Part shown: positions 1-8,233 of the stretch, one piece after another
Numbering within the stretch: position 1 is the stretch's first letter
Layout of the letters: each line of letters begins with the position of its first letter
NCBI GenBank assembly: GCA_903856085.1
Contig: CAIOAT010000024.1
Location: 3,180 to 67,179, forward strand
Direction: 5' to 3'
DNA: 64,000 nt
DNA from: Candidatus Omnitrophota bacterium
GTDB taxonomy: Bacteria; Omnitrophota; Omnitrophia; Omnitrophales; Aquincolibacteriaceae
Position numbers and translations under genes: made by a program
Notes under the pieces: generated by a model
The model's database searches: none
Told to the model about the DNA's origin: nothing
Seen by the model: the letters and a program-made list of their open reading frames with translations, nothing else

Positions 1-986
1 TCCGCAAGCTTGTACTCCCAAAAATTAACCGTTTCCAGGGCTGAACCACCGCTTGGAGACCGGTCGATTACCGTAATCGTACCTTTCGTATCGTTATAGC
101 TGATATCGAGGATCGTATCATTTCCGTCACGCTGGACCTTTTCATAGCTCAAAAGCCGATTCAAGCTTTCAGAAATCTTCTGATAGGTCTTCTTTATATA
201 GAAGGCATTCCCTCCGCTGCGATCGTAAGTCGTCACGAGATCTCCTTTAGAGATCGTCATGGGAATTTCCACATTTTCGCCCGATTCATTATTTACAAGA
301 TAACCATCCCCGAGGAAACCCCCTAATTGTCCGTCTTGCTCCACCGAAAATTTTTGATAGGCGCTTAACGCACCGGAATCCTTAGGATCCGATGTGGTAA
401 TGCGAACGTAGGAACCTCCGAGATCCGTACCGTAATCAAACCGGCGAATCTCAAGATCATAACGAGCCGTACCCGTTTGAGGATCCAGAACAGACTTCGT
501 GAAATCGCAGATCTCAATAATCTTGCTGGTCGCGTTGTTATACTTAAAATAAGTGTGATCCGCATACTCCACAGACACGATGCCTTTTTCATCTGGCTTC
601 GGATTTTCGCTCACCAGAACTTTGGTATCGCCGGAACGCAGCGGATTAATGCTACTTAAAAACGAAGTGGAGATCTGAGGTGTCTGGCCCTGCGGAACAT
701 CGCCAGCAAAAGGATTTTTCTGATTCTGATCCGGTGCGACAGCATTCAAAGGATTCTGATTTGTCTGGCCTTGAAGATCATGCTGTTGCTTATCCAGGTC
801 CTGCATAAAATGAATCTTGTCGGATTTATTAAGATCAGGCGAAGGAGCTACAACGGGAGCACTCGGCGCCATGGCGGCAAAACCAAGTTTAACATCGCTC
901 TGCGTCACCAGAAAAGTGAAGATCACAAAGAGGCTGACCGCCTTAACCCCCCACGGTTTTCTCTCGTTGTGATACGCTTCAAACAT
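1..986 (-). CDS. Hypothetical membrane-anchored or secreted protein; partial, 3' end beyond window start
   Basis: Minus-strand frame is open from an ATG at 984-986 (good RBS AGGGGAG 8 nt upstream) down to position 1 with no stop. N-terminal hydrophobic segment (AVSLFVIFTFLVTQ) followed by Q/N/P-rich linker and a Tyr/Asp-rich soluble region. Not in the ORF track because no stop lies within the window. Confidence 0.5.
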   Translation of the reverse strand, partial: MFEAYHNERKPWGVKAVSLFVIFTFLVTQSDVKLGFAAMAPSAPVVAPSPDLNKSDKIHFMQDLDKQQHDLQGQTNQNPLNAVAPDQNQKNPFAGDVPQGQTPQISTSFLSSINPLRSGDTKVLVSENPKPDEKGIVSVEYADHTYFKYNNATSKIIEICDFTKSVLDPQTGTARYDLEIRRFDYGTDLGGSYVRITTSDPKDSGALSAYQKFSVEQDGQLGGFLGDGYLVNNESGENVEIPMTISKGDLVTTYDRSGGNAFYIKKTYQKISESLNRLLSYEKVQRDGNDTILDISYNDTKGTITVIDRSPSGGSALETVNFWEYKLA

Positions 987-1356
987 ACGCGCTACTCCCC
1001 TCATCACTTCACTTTAAAAATTATAAAAACAAAATAAAAAGCAAAAAACTCGATCATGGTTTTATCCATGCTCTAGTTTTCGCATCTCATGTCCACATAT
1101 AGTGTTCACGCGTTAAATGCGCCTCTAAAAAAATTATATCCGCACTTAGGATTTTTGTCAAACTTTACGATGTTGTTTTTTGCTAGTTCCTGCTAGTTTT
1201 CCCAATAGAAAGGCTTGAAAATTATTAAGCTCTCGTAAAAACTTTCTCAAACTTGAGTATTTTTTTGGATTTATTTTATTTCGAAGGGATAAAGGTCCAT
1301 TGATGATTTCGAGATCCAGGCGGCGCTACAGGATCTCATCCAACCATCAATCCGTT

Positions 1357-1857
1357 TTACTTAGAAAAAGATCGCGGAAAAAGATCCGTCTTGAGGCAGG
1401 TAACGTGATCGATGAAAAGAATTCCGTTGAGATGGTCGACCTCGTGTTCCACGCAAATCGCTTCAATCCCCGTGCTGATTTTTTCGTTCAACTCCCCGCG
1501 CTCGTTCTGCCAGCGCAAGCGTACCCACCGATGACGTTTCAGAAACGCTGTGTAATCCGGAAAGCTCATACACCCTTCTTTTCGCGTTTCCGGCTCTTTT
1601 TTTTCGAGGATCACGGGATTAACAAGAATGAGACGCTTTGCTTTTGGATCGCGCTTTGAGACATCCACGATCGCAAGAGACTTAGCGACTCCGATTTGTG
1701 GTGCAGCGATACCGATCCCATGCGGTTGGCTTTTCATGACACGGACCAGAGAAGCTACCAGCTTCAGGAGTGAGCGATCGAATATTGTGACCGATTGCGT
1801 TTTTTTTCTGAGAATCGGATCGGGAAAAGTCCGGATGGAAGAAGGCTTCATCTGCAA
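1357..1857 (-). CDS. def: Peptide deformylase
   Basis: 166 aa with the three PDF motifs GIGIAAPQIG, EGCMSFP and HEVDHLNG (HExxH). Confidence 0.9.
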   Translation of the reverse strand: MQMKPSSIRTFPDPILRKKTQSVTIFDRSLLKLVASLVRVMKSQPHGIGIAAPQIGVAKSLAIVDVSKRDPKAKRLILVNPVILEKKEPETRKEGCMSFPDYTAFLKRHRWVRLRWQNERGELNEKISTGIEAICVEHEVDHLNGILFIDHVTCLKTDLFPRSFSK

Positions 1858-2409
1858 TTACAGGGAAACGCGTTCCAAAGGCTTGATCTGGATCTCGATT
1901 TTCAACTTCTTGGAGACCCTTGCCAAAAGAGTTTTGAGTTTTGCCAAAACTGCTTTACCGGGAACATCCACCTCCAGAAGCATGGCGTAAGTGATCTTGG
2001 TACCCCTACCCAAGATCCGGCTATCGAGATCCGTAATATTGACACGCACCCCCGCCAAAGCACGGCTCACCTCATAAACAATTCCAGCTCGATCCTTGCC
2101 AAAGGCTGTGACCATATGAGGGAGCGAGCCCTGCGCGTGTTTTTTTCCATTCTGAATTGTCCCTTCCAACGCGGTTACATAACAATCCAAGGACCAAGGA
2201 TTGCCTTTGAGAAGTTCCAAACCTTGCAACACACGGACTAGGGACCCTGACGACGACAAGCAGGCTGTCATCATCATAGCGAATTGCCCTTCCAAAAGGG
2301 TCATACTGATGTCCTCAAGATTGCATCCCCGAGCAAACAAAAGGCCGCTCACCTTGGCGATGATCCCGGGCTTATCTTTACCGCTGACCGTAATCAGTAT
2401 TTTTTTCAT
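1858..2409 (-). CDS. Tandem ACT-domain protein (GcvR / UPF0237-like)
   Basis: 183 aa; two ~80-aa ACT-like repeats (KPGIIAKVSGLL... and KDRAGIVYEVSRAL...). Start abuts the def gene (1857/1858). Confidence 0.55.
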   Translation of the reverse strand: MKKILITVSGKDKPGIIAKVSGLLFARGCNLEDISMTLLEGQFAMMMTACLSSSGSLVRVLQGLELLKGNPWSLDCYVTALEGTIQNGKKHAQGSLPHMVTAFGKDRAGIVYEVSRALAGVRVNITDLDSRILGRGTKITYAMLLEVDVPGKAVLAKLKTLLARVSKKLKIEIQIKPLERVSL

Positions 2410-3932
2410 TTTTTCTTCTTTCGCTCCAGATATTTGGATAGTTGTTCAAACCCTCGATTGAGAAGCTGATCCGTCCCGCCCTGCAGCAGTCTCGAACCGA
2501 TGTAGCTAAGGTCCGGCTGGACCGCGGCGTCGGGGAAAACACCGCTATAACGGAACGGAATCATGACTTGGCCGTTCCGGTCTGCGATCAATTCCATTTC
2601 TCGGATCTTTTTCACCAAGTATGCGGAGATAGACTGGGATAACAATAACTGGAGAGAACCCTCGACACGCTTATCTAGAATCCCATAGGTCCCTTGGCCG
2701 GACAATTGATAGTTGGGATGCATTAACCGGAACTCAGTGACACTCCCAATCCCCTCCTGCACCCCAAACGTCACTTGCAATGACTGAAAAGGCGTATCAC
2801 GGCCCGCCATCATCTCACCCAACTGTGGCGGGAGCTCCCCACCTAAAGAGTTCGTTATCGCCAACACCGGAGAAAGACGGTCAAAAACCTCCTTGATAAG
2901 ATTCCGGTTCCTAAGGGCCCCCTCTAGGATCTCGATTGTTCCCTGCCCCTTCAGAGATCGCTCGATCATGACAGGATTTGCGCCATCGAACGAAAGCTGT
3001 GCCTTGGCACTCAGACGGCCCGCCACATAATCGCCCTTCTTATAAGTTTCCGGGATCACCGATTCCATATCCAGATCATGAACCTCAAGCGTCCCCTCAA
3101 AATGCGGCAGCGTGGTAATCACCTCGAGACGGCCTTTGAACACCACCTTTTCAGGACCGTAGCGAAGCACAAGATCCAGCGACCGCGACGCCAAGTCAAG
3201 ATCCCCCTCCACCTCCAGGTTCCTTGTCATGGCATTAAATAAAGTCGCACTTGCCGAAAAATGGAAGAGAGCATTGGTTTCTTTTTGGCGAACGTCAACG
3301 CTCAGATTTTTAATCTCAAGTGTATAGGCCGGCTGAACTGTCCCATCCTCGAAGTGGACTGTCGCATCCCGCACGAGAATCTTACCCACCCCAAATTCCC
3401 AACCTTGGGCGACACCACCCAGGTTCTTCAGCGAAATACTTTCGGCTCCTTCTGAAGCCTCGGCCGTCGGGATGAAACTGCCTTGAGAGAGCATGGGCGC
3501 AGCGACCGGCGGAGGGGTCAGCAATCCTTTGTCAGCCTGCCAGTTCCAGACCCCATCCCGATTACGCCTAAGAAAGATCTCGGGGCTCTGGATCAGGACT
3601 TGAGCCATGTTGAAATGCTTTTGCCAGATTGAAGACAGATCCGCGTCAATCCGGACTTGGTCGCTTTGCAGGATTTTTTCAAGACTTTTAGGATGGTAGA
3701 ACTTAAGCCCGGAAACCTGGAGCTGCGGCTGGGGCATCCATTGCAGTTTGATATAGCCGAGTTCCACACGAAAACCGGTCTGCTGGGTGAGCTGTTTTTC
3801 TAATTCCGCCCGGAACATATTGGGGTCGAAGTTCCGTATCGCAAAAAAACCAACGACTCCCACGCCGATCCCAAGGATTAAAAACGCAATGAACAGCCCG
3901 CCGAGCAATTTCAGGAAACCTCGTACGACCAT
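2406..3932 (-). CDS. AsmA-family / DUF748-like membrane-anchored periplasmic protein
   Basis: 508 aa; single N-terminal TM (LFIAFLILGIGVGVVGFFAI) followed by a large soluble domain with repetitive beta-rich character typical of AsmA-like proteins. 4-nt overlap with the downstream ACT-domain gene. Confidence 0.4.
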   Translation of the reverse strand: MVVRGFLKLLGGLFIAFLILGIGVGVVGFFAIRNFDPNMFRAELEKQLTQQTGFRVELGYIKLQWMPQPQLQVSGLKFYHPKSLEKILQSDQVRIDADLSSIWQKHFNMAQVLIQSPEIFLRRNRDGVWNWQADKGLLTPPPVAAPMLSQGSFIPTAEASEGAESISLKNLGGVAQGWEFGVGKILVRDATVHFEDGTVQPAYTLEIKNLSVDVRQKETNALFHFSASATLFNAMTRNLEVEGDLDLASRSLDLVLRYGPEKVVFKGRLEVITTLPHFEGTLEVHDLDMESVIPETYKKGDYVAGRLSAKAQLSFDGANPVMIERSLKGQGTIEILEGALRNRNLIKEVFDRLSPVLAITNSLGGELPPQLGEMMAGRDTPFQSLQVTFGVQEGIGSVTEFRLMHPNYQLSGQGTYGILDKRVEGSLQLLLSQSISAYLVKKIREMELIADRNGQVMIPFRYSGVFPDAAVQPDLSYIGSRLLQGGTDQLLNRGFEQLSKYLERKKKK

Positions 3933-4375
3933 ACGCCCTCACCTTTTTTCCTGGCTTCTTCCTGGACTTTCAGGAACTTGGCCTTGTGGCTGAAGTCCTG
4001 AGCCGAAGCCACTTTCGCGGCGCCGATCCTCACCAGGAATTCATTAATAAGAACTTCGTGTTCATCGGGGACCTCATTTAACTTTGCGGGGAATCTCAAG
4101 TATTTCGCCTGGAGATACACATAAGCAGATTCTTGAGCACTCAAAGCAGAATTGGCAAGTAATTGAACCTTCACGTCCTGCTTCTGAACAAGCACCCGGA
4201 GAACTGAAATTCCTTCCCGGTCCATTTCAACCCCGGCCAGAGTCACTTGTTTGCCGCTCTCAAGAATCAACGTCCCGTTGGGCCCGACCTCTTTAACGAT
4301 CTCGGCAAAAAGCGGCGAAGAAAAAATGCACGCGCCGATCAATAGAAAAATCGGCAAACAATTTCGTGAATTCAC
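3911..4375 (-). CDS. Hypothetical secreted protein
   Basis: 154 aa with N-terminal signal peptide (LPIFLLIGACIFSSPLFAEI). No recognisable catalytic motif. Confidence 0.4.
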   Translation of the reverse strand: MNSRNCLPIFLLIGACIFSSPLFAEIVKEVGPNGTLILESGKQVTLAGVEMDREGISVLRVLVQKQDVKVQLLANSALSAQESAYVYLQAKYLRFPAKLNEVPDEHEVLINEFLVRIGAAKVASAQDFSHKAKFLKVQEEARKKGEGVWSYEVS

Positions 4376-4827
4376 GAGGCCCTTACTCGCCCGTCGCTAT
4401 AATCAATCTCGCTTAATCCCAGCTCCACGGTCCGGTATTTTTTCCGAAGCTCCTGCAGTCGTTTTTGCCCCACAGGCTCATATTGGTAGAAACGAACCAG
4501 TTCTTTTTTATTCAAAACCCCTGCGTCACTGTAAGCACCCGGAATGCCCCAAAACCATGACAGCGGATAGGTGAAGAGATTAAAGAAAGCCATTCCCCAT
4601 AACTGTTTCTCTTCAGACCCTGACGCGAGGTAGAAATGCCCCACACCGGGCAGCAAGTTCAGCCATGCAGCAACCGCTGGGTCCTTGATCTTCACACCGC
4701 AAGGATGGACCCCGTAAGCTTTAAGCTCATACACCGCATTCTTCTCGGATTGCGTGAGAGACATGCATCCCGAAAACATCAGCACCAGCATCAACAACGC
4801 ATTTAATTTCATTAAATGATTCATCAC
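4372..4827 (-). CDS. Hypothetical lipoprotein
   Basis: 151 aa; lipoprotein-type signal with lipobox-like LMFSGC then MSLTQ. Aromatic-rich C-terminal region. Confidence 0.4.
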   Translation of the reverse strand: MMNHLMKLNALLMLVLMFSGCMSLTQSEKNAVYELKAYGVHPCGVKIKDPAVAAWLNLLPGVGHFYLASGSEEKQLWGMAFFNLFTYPLSWFWGIPGAYSDAGVLNKKELVRFYQYEPVGQKRLQELRKKYRTVELGLSEIDYSDGRVRAS

Positions 4828-4845
4828 TCAATCCTCCTCATTGTG

Positions 4846-6186
4846 TTATGACTTAGAAATTGCATTCTTGAGCCATTCTAGAGCATCTTCCCTGTTTTTG
4901 AAACGACCTTCTAGCTGTAAAACAAACGCCTCCTCTAAAACAGGTTTCATCATCCGACCGGGTTTCATACCAAGCGCCATGAGGTCGTGACCATTCACAA
5001 GCGGCTTGGGTTTTAATTCCTCGTGCTCGTATTCCTTAAGCTTGTCCCGGAGAAACGTGAGATTGTCCAGCATCCCATGGCTTGCGGTGCAATCCACACG
5101 ATGGAGCTCCATTTCCTCCTCAAAATGCGGACGGCTGATAAATTGCTTGAGCTTCCCCGACCGCATCTTCTGAACATCCATAAATTTCATATGATTGGCC
5201 ACACATTCCGAAACCCCCTCAATCTCCTCGTTGGAGAAACGCAACCGTCGCATGATCTCGCCAGCAATCTTCACCCCCGCTTCGGAATGTTCATAAAAGG
5301 TCAGCCGGCCTTTGCGAATCGCGGACGTTTTAGGTTTTCCGATGTCGTGAAAAAGCGCCGAAAAAGCAAGGACGGTTGAGACCGGAGGATGGAGGAATTG
5401 CAAAAGAAGTCGGGTATGCTCATAGACGTCGCCTTCGGGGTGAAATTTCTCAGGCTGTTCCACTCCTCGCATCGCTTCCACTTCCGGCAGGATCTCTTTC
5501 ATAAGCCCGGATTCTGAAAGCAGCACAAACCCGCGCGCCGCACCGGAGCGCGTAAAGATCTTCACCAGCTCTTCACGAATCCGTTCGGGACTTACTTCGT
5601 GGATCTTGGAAGCGTTCTTGCGAAGTGCCTCCCAAGTTTTTGACTCAATCTCAAAACCAAGCGTCGAAGCAAAACGGATCGCGCGAAGAAGCCTCAATTT
5701 ATCCTCCTCGAAACGTTCCTTAGGATCACCAATCGCGCGTATGATTTTTTTGGGAAGATCCTCGATGCCTCCGACAAAATCGATCACCTTCTCCGCGAAC
5801 GGATCATAGAACATGCCGTTCACCGTAAAGTCACGGCGCTTGGCGTCTTCTTCAGGCTGGGTAAATGAAACGTGGGTGGGATGCCGGCCGTCCTGGTACC
5901 CCCCTTCACAGCGGAAGGTCGCAACCTCAAAAGGGGTCTCTTCTTCGACCACGATCATCACGCCAAATTGCTTACCAACAGGGATCGTCCGGCGAAAGAT
6001 CTTTTCGACTTCGTTAGGGGTCGCGGTCGTGGCAATATCAAAATCCTGGGGCTTTTGACCTCTTAAGTGGTCCCGGACGCAGCCGCCCGCGAAATACGCG
6101 GTATATCCTTTGTCTTTCAGGATTTTAACAATTACGCGCGCCAGCCGGCCCTTCGGCTCGCTCAGATCCATCGGTCCCGAATTCAT
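4846..6186 (-). CDS. cca: CCA-adding tRNA nucleotidyltransferase with C-terminal HD domain
   Basis: 446 aa. Class II nucleotidyltransferase head motifs GGCVRD, DFDIAT, RRDFTVN, plus an HD phosphohydrolase domain (FHDIGKP ... H..D). Confidence 0.85.
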   Translation of the reverse strand: MNSGPMDLSEPKGRLARVIVKILKDKGYTAYFAGGCVRDHLRGQKPQDFDIATTATPNEVEKIFRRTIPVGKQFGVMIVVEEETPFEVATFRCEGGYQDGRHPTHVSFTQPEEDAKRRDFTVNGMFYDPFAEKVIDFVGGIEDLPKKIIRAIGDPKERFEEDKLRLLRAIRFASTLGFEIESKTWEALRKNASKIHEVSPERIREELVKIFTRSGAARGFVLLSESGLMKEILPEVEAMRGVEQPEKFHPEGDVYEHTRLLLQFLHPPVSTVLAFSALFHDIGKPKTSAIRKGRLTFYEHSEAGVKIAGEIMRRLRFSNEEIEGVSECVANHMKFMDVQKMRSGKLKQFISRPHFEEEMELHRVDCTASHGMLDNLTFLRDKLKEYEHEELKPKPLVNGHDLMALGMKPGRMMKPVLEEAFVLQLEGRFKNREDALEWLKNAISKS

Positions 6187-6200
6187 ATCACTCCACTCAT

Positions 6201-6527
6201 TCAGAGGCTAAAAAAATCGCGAGCGGCTTTATCGCCTGCGGCTTTTTGATAATCCAAATAATCGATCAACAAAAGGTCCGGCCGTTTTTCGGCAAGACGT
6301 CTGGCAAGCTGGAATCGCTCCGACGGATGCGTTTCAAGCCGTCGGCTCGCGATATACTTGAACACCGTCCCGCATTGGGGGCAGGCCTTGGCATCATAAG
6401 CGTTGATCCCAAGCTCGTTGCAGGCAGCGCAATTCCCGGTGAGGTCCCCAATAATCAGAAGATTTTTTTTAACCTCTTCGAGGACAAACGCTTTGTAAGT
6501 ACGCAAGTAATGTTGACCCATCGGCAC
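6201..6527 (-). CDS. Hypothetical zinc-ribbon protein
   Basis: 108 aa; CxxC...CxxC arrangement (CAACNELG ... CPQCG). Tightly packed between cca and the Lys-rich gene. Confidence 0.35.
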   Translation of the reverse strand: MPMGQHYLRTYKAFVLEEVKKNLLIIGDLTGNCAACNELGINAYDAKACPQCGTVFKYIASRRLETHPSERFQLARRLAEKRPDLLLIDYLDYQKAAGDKAARDFFSL

Positions 6528-6541
6528 AAACTCCTTATTCG

Positions 6542-7024
6542 TTACTTCTTAAAGACTAGATCGCCGGCGCGAACTCGGGACTTTACTTCAACGCCAAAAT
6601 CATCGCCTTTCTTGGCAATCATGACCGGTTGGTGGTCGATTTGCATAGAAATAACCTTTTGCTTAAAATCCGTGGTATGGCCTTTAAACAGAAGTTCATC
6701 CCCGATCCGGATCTCTCCAGTCTTGATCTTGAGCACCGCGGCATTCACATGCGGAAAATAATGCGTGACCTCCGCATTCGGCATAGCCGCCAACGCAGCT
6801 CGCACCATCCTCGGCTGTTTTTTTGCTAGAACTTTTTTCTTCTTCGTTTTGCTTTTAGTTTTAACCGGACTTTTTCTGGAAACTTTCTTCTTCGAAGGCT
6901 TGGGTGCTTTTTTCTTAGCGGGCGCTGCCGTTTTCTTCTTAGAACTTTTCCCTTTGGGTTTTGCGACCTTCTTGGATTTGGACGCACCAAAAAGCGCTCT
7001 ACCAATCTTCTTGAAAAGTTTCAT
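6542..7024 (-). CDS. Lys/Ala/Pro-rich histone H1-like protein with C-terminal EF-Tu-domain-2-like beta-barrel
   Basis: Start taken at the ATG at 7024 (MKLFKKIGRALFG...) with GGAGGAG RBS 7 nt upstream. The ORF-track start at 7129 would overlap rmuC. The ~80-aa KKxxKP low-complexity tail then a ~85-aa domain (IGDELLFKGHTTDFKQKVISMQIDHQPVMIAKKGDDFGVEV) resembles EF-Tu domain 2. Confidence 0.5.
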   Translation of the reverse strand: MKLFKKIGRALFGASKSKKVAKPKGKSSKKKTAAPAKKKAPKPSKKKVSRKSPVKTKSKTKKKKVLAKKQPRMVRAALAAMPNAEVTHYFPHVNAAVLKIKTGEIRIGDELLFKGHTTDFKQKVISMQIDHQPVMIAKKGDDFGVEVKSRVRAGDLVFKK

Positions 7025-7055
7025 GGTTTTCTCCTCCGAGGAATGACGATACGGT

Positions 7056-8138
7056 TTAAGAATCTTTTTCCAAAGCGATCTCTTGAGGCACCGACCCTGC
7101 CCCTTGCCCCTGATGTTGTTCCAAAACATTCAGCCGGTTCCGCAATTTCTGGAACCTCTGCTCGGTCTTTTCATATGCCGTGCGCGCATGAGCCAGGTGT
7201 CCTCCGATCTTCTCAAAATCCGTAAGGCACTGTTCCAGGTCGACTTCCAACTGGCCCAAATTTTCAAGAATGATCTGCGCTGAGCGCTCGATCCTCATGC
7301 CCTTGAGCCCACGCACGATCGACTGGAGATACACATAAAAACTGTTGGGCGAGACCGGGATGACCTTGCGTTTCATGGCATAAGCAGAAAGACTTTCGTT
7401 CTGCGCATCGTCCTTAATGATCGTTTCATAATAAATACTTTCGGATGGAATGTACATCAGCGCAAATTCGAAAGTGCCTTCCTCAGGCAGAATGTATTTT
7501 GAGCCAATGTCATCGATGTGTTTTTTGACGTCCTTCCAGAAACCCTTCCGTGCTTCGGCCTGTTTTTCATCACTGCCAGCCTCCAGGATACGCTTAAAAT
7601 TCTCGAGGGGGAATTTCGCATCCACGGGGATCAGTCCTTCGCCAAGCCGGATAATAGCATCCACCTGAGAACCATTCGCGAAACGGTACTGGAGCGCGAA
7701 ATGATCTTCCGGAAGGATTTGTCGTAAAAGTTCGGCGAGGAGTAACTCCGCCATCCCTCCGCGAAGTTTCGGAGCACGGAGAATGTCCTGGAGGGATGAG
7801 ATGTCCTTCCCGATATCCATCATGGACTGCGTGGCGTGCTGCAAGACACCAAGCCGGTGTTGCACATCTCCCATGACTTGCCGGTAACTCTGCTGGTTCT
7901 CCTGAAGGAACTGGGAATTCTGTTTCATCTGGTCGTTCATCTGACGGGAGAGCGTTTGGATCTGGTCCTGCAGAGCTGTATTGAGATTATGGAGTTCCTG
8001 CTGAAGCTGGAGAAATGGCTGAAAAGTTTTCTCGTCAGCAGCAGTTCGTTTAGACAAACGTTGCAAAACCCAGAAAACCGCGGTAAAACCGAAGAAAGAC
8101 ACCGCCACTGTGATGAGAACTAACAAAGAGGCATTCAT
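7056..8138 (-). CDS. rmuC: DNA recombination protein RmuC
   Basis: 360 aa; N-terminal TM, long Q-rich coiled coil, C-terminal RmuC nuclease-like region (IPVDAKFPLE..., YALMYIPSESIYYE). Confidence 0.8.
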   Translation of the reverse strand: MNASLLVLITVAVSFFGFTAVFWVLQRLSKRTAADEKTFQPFLQLQQELHNLNTALQDQIQTLSRQMNDQMKQNSQFLQENQQSYRQVMGDVQHRLGVLQHATQSMMDIGKDISSLQDILRAPKLRGGMAELLLAELLRQILPEDHFALQYRFANGSQVDAIIRLGEGLIPVDAKFPLENFKRILEAGSDEKQAEARKGFWKDVKKHIDDIGSKYILPEEGTFEFALMYIPSESIYYETIIKDDAQNESLSAYAMKRKVIPVSPNSFYVYLQSIVRGLKGMRIERSAQIILENLGQLEVDLEQCLTDFEKIGGHLAHARTAYEKTEQRFQKLRNRLNVLEQHQGQGAGSVPQEIALEKDS

Positions 8139-8168
8139 AGGGAGATTATAACTGAAAGCCAGATCAAA

Positions 8169-8219
8169 GACTACAGACTAAAGACTAAAATCAAACCCTT
8201 TCGTCTCTAGCCTGTAGTC
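8169..8219 (-). terminator. Stable 17-bp stem-loop in the rng-rmuC spacer (terminator or processing hairpin)
   Basis: Arms GACTACAGACTAAAGAC / GTCTCTAGCCTGTAGTC with a 17-nt loop. The two imperfect positions are G-U wobbles only on the minus-strand RNA and A-C mismatches on the plus strand, so the structure is specific to the rng transcript. It lies 15 nt after the rng stop. Confidence 0.35.
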
Positions 8220-8233
8220 TCGGATCTCTCGTC

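Noticed and set aside
6765-7046. 93-aa plus-strand ORF (F/L-rich) opposite the Lys-rich gene
   Set aside because: It is the reverse complement of AAG/AAA lysine codons giving TTT/CTT runs, a mirror artefact.
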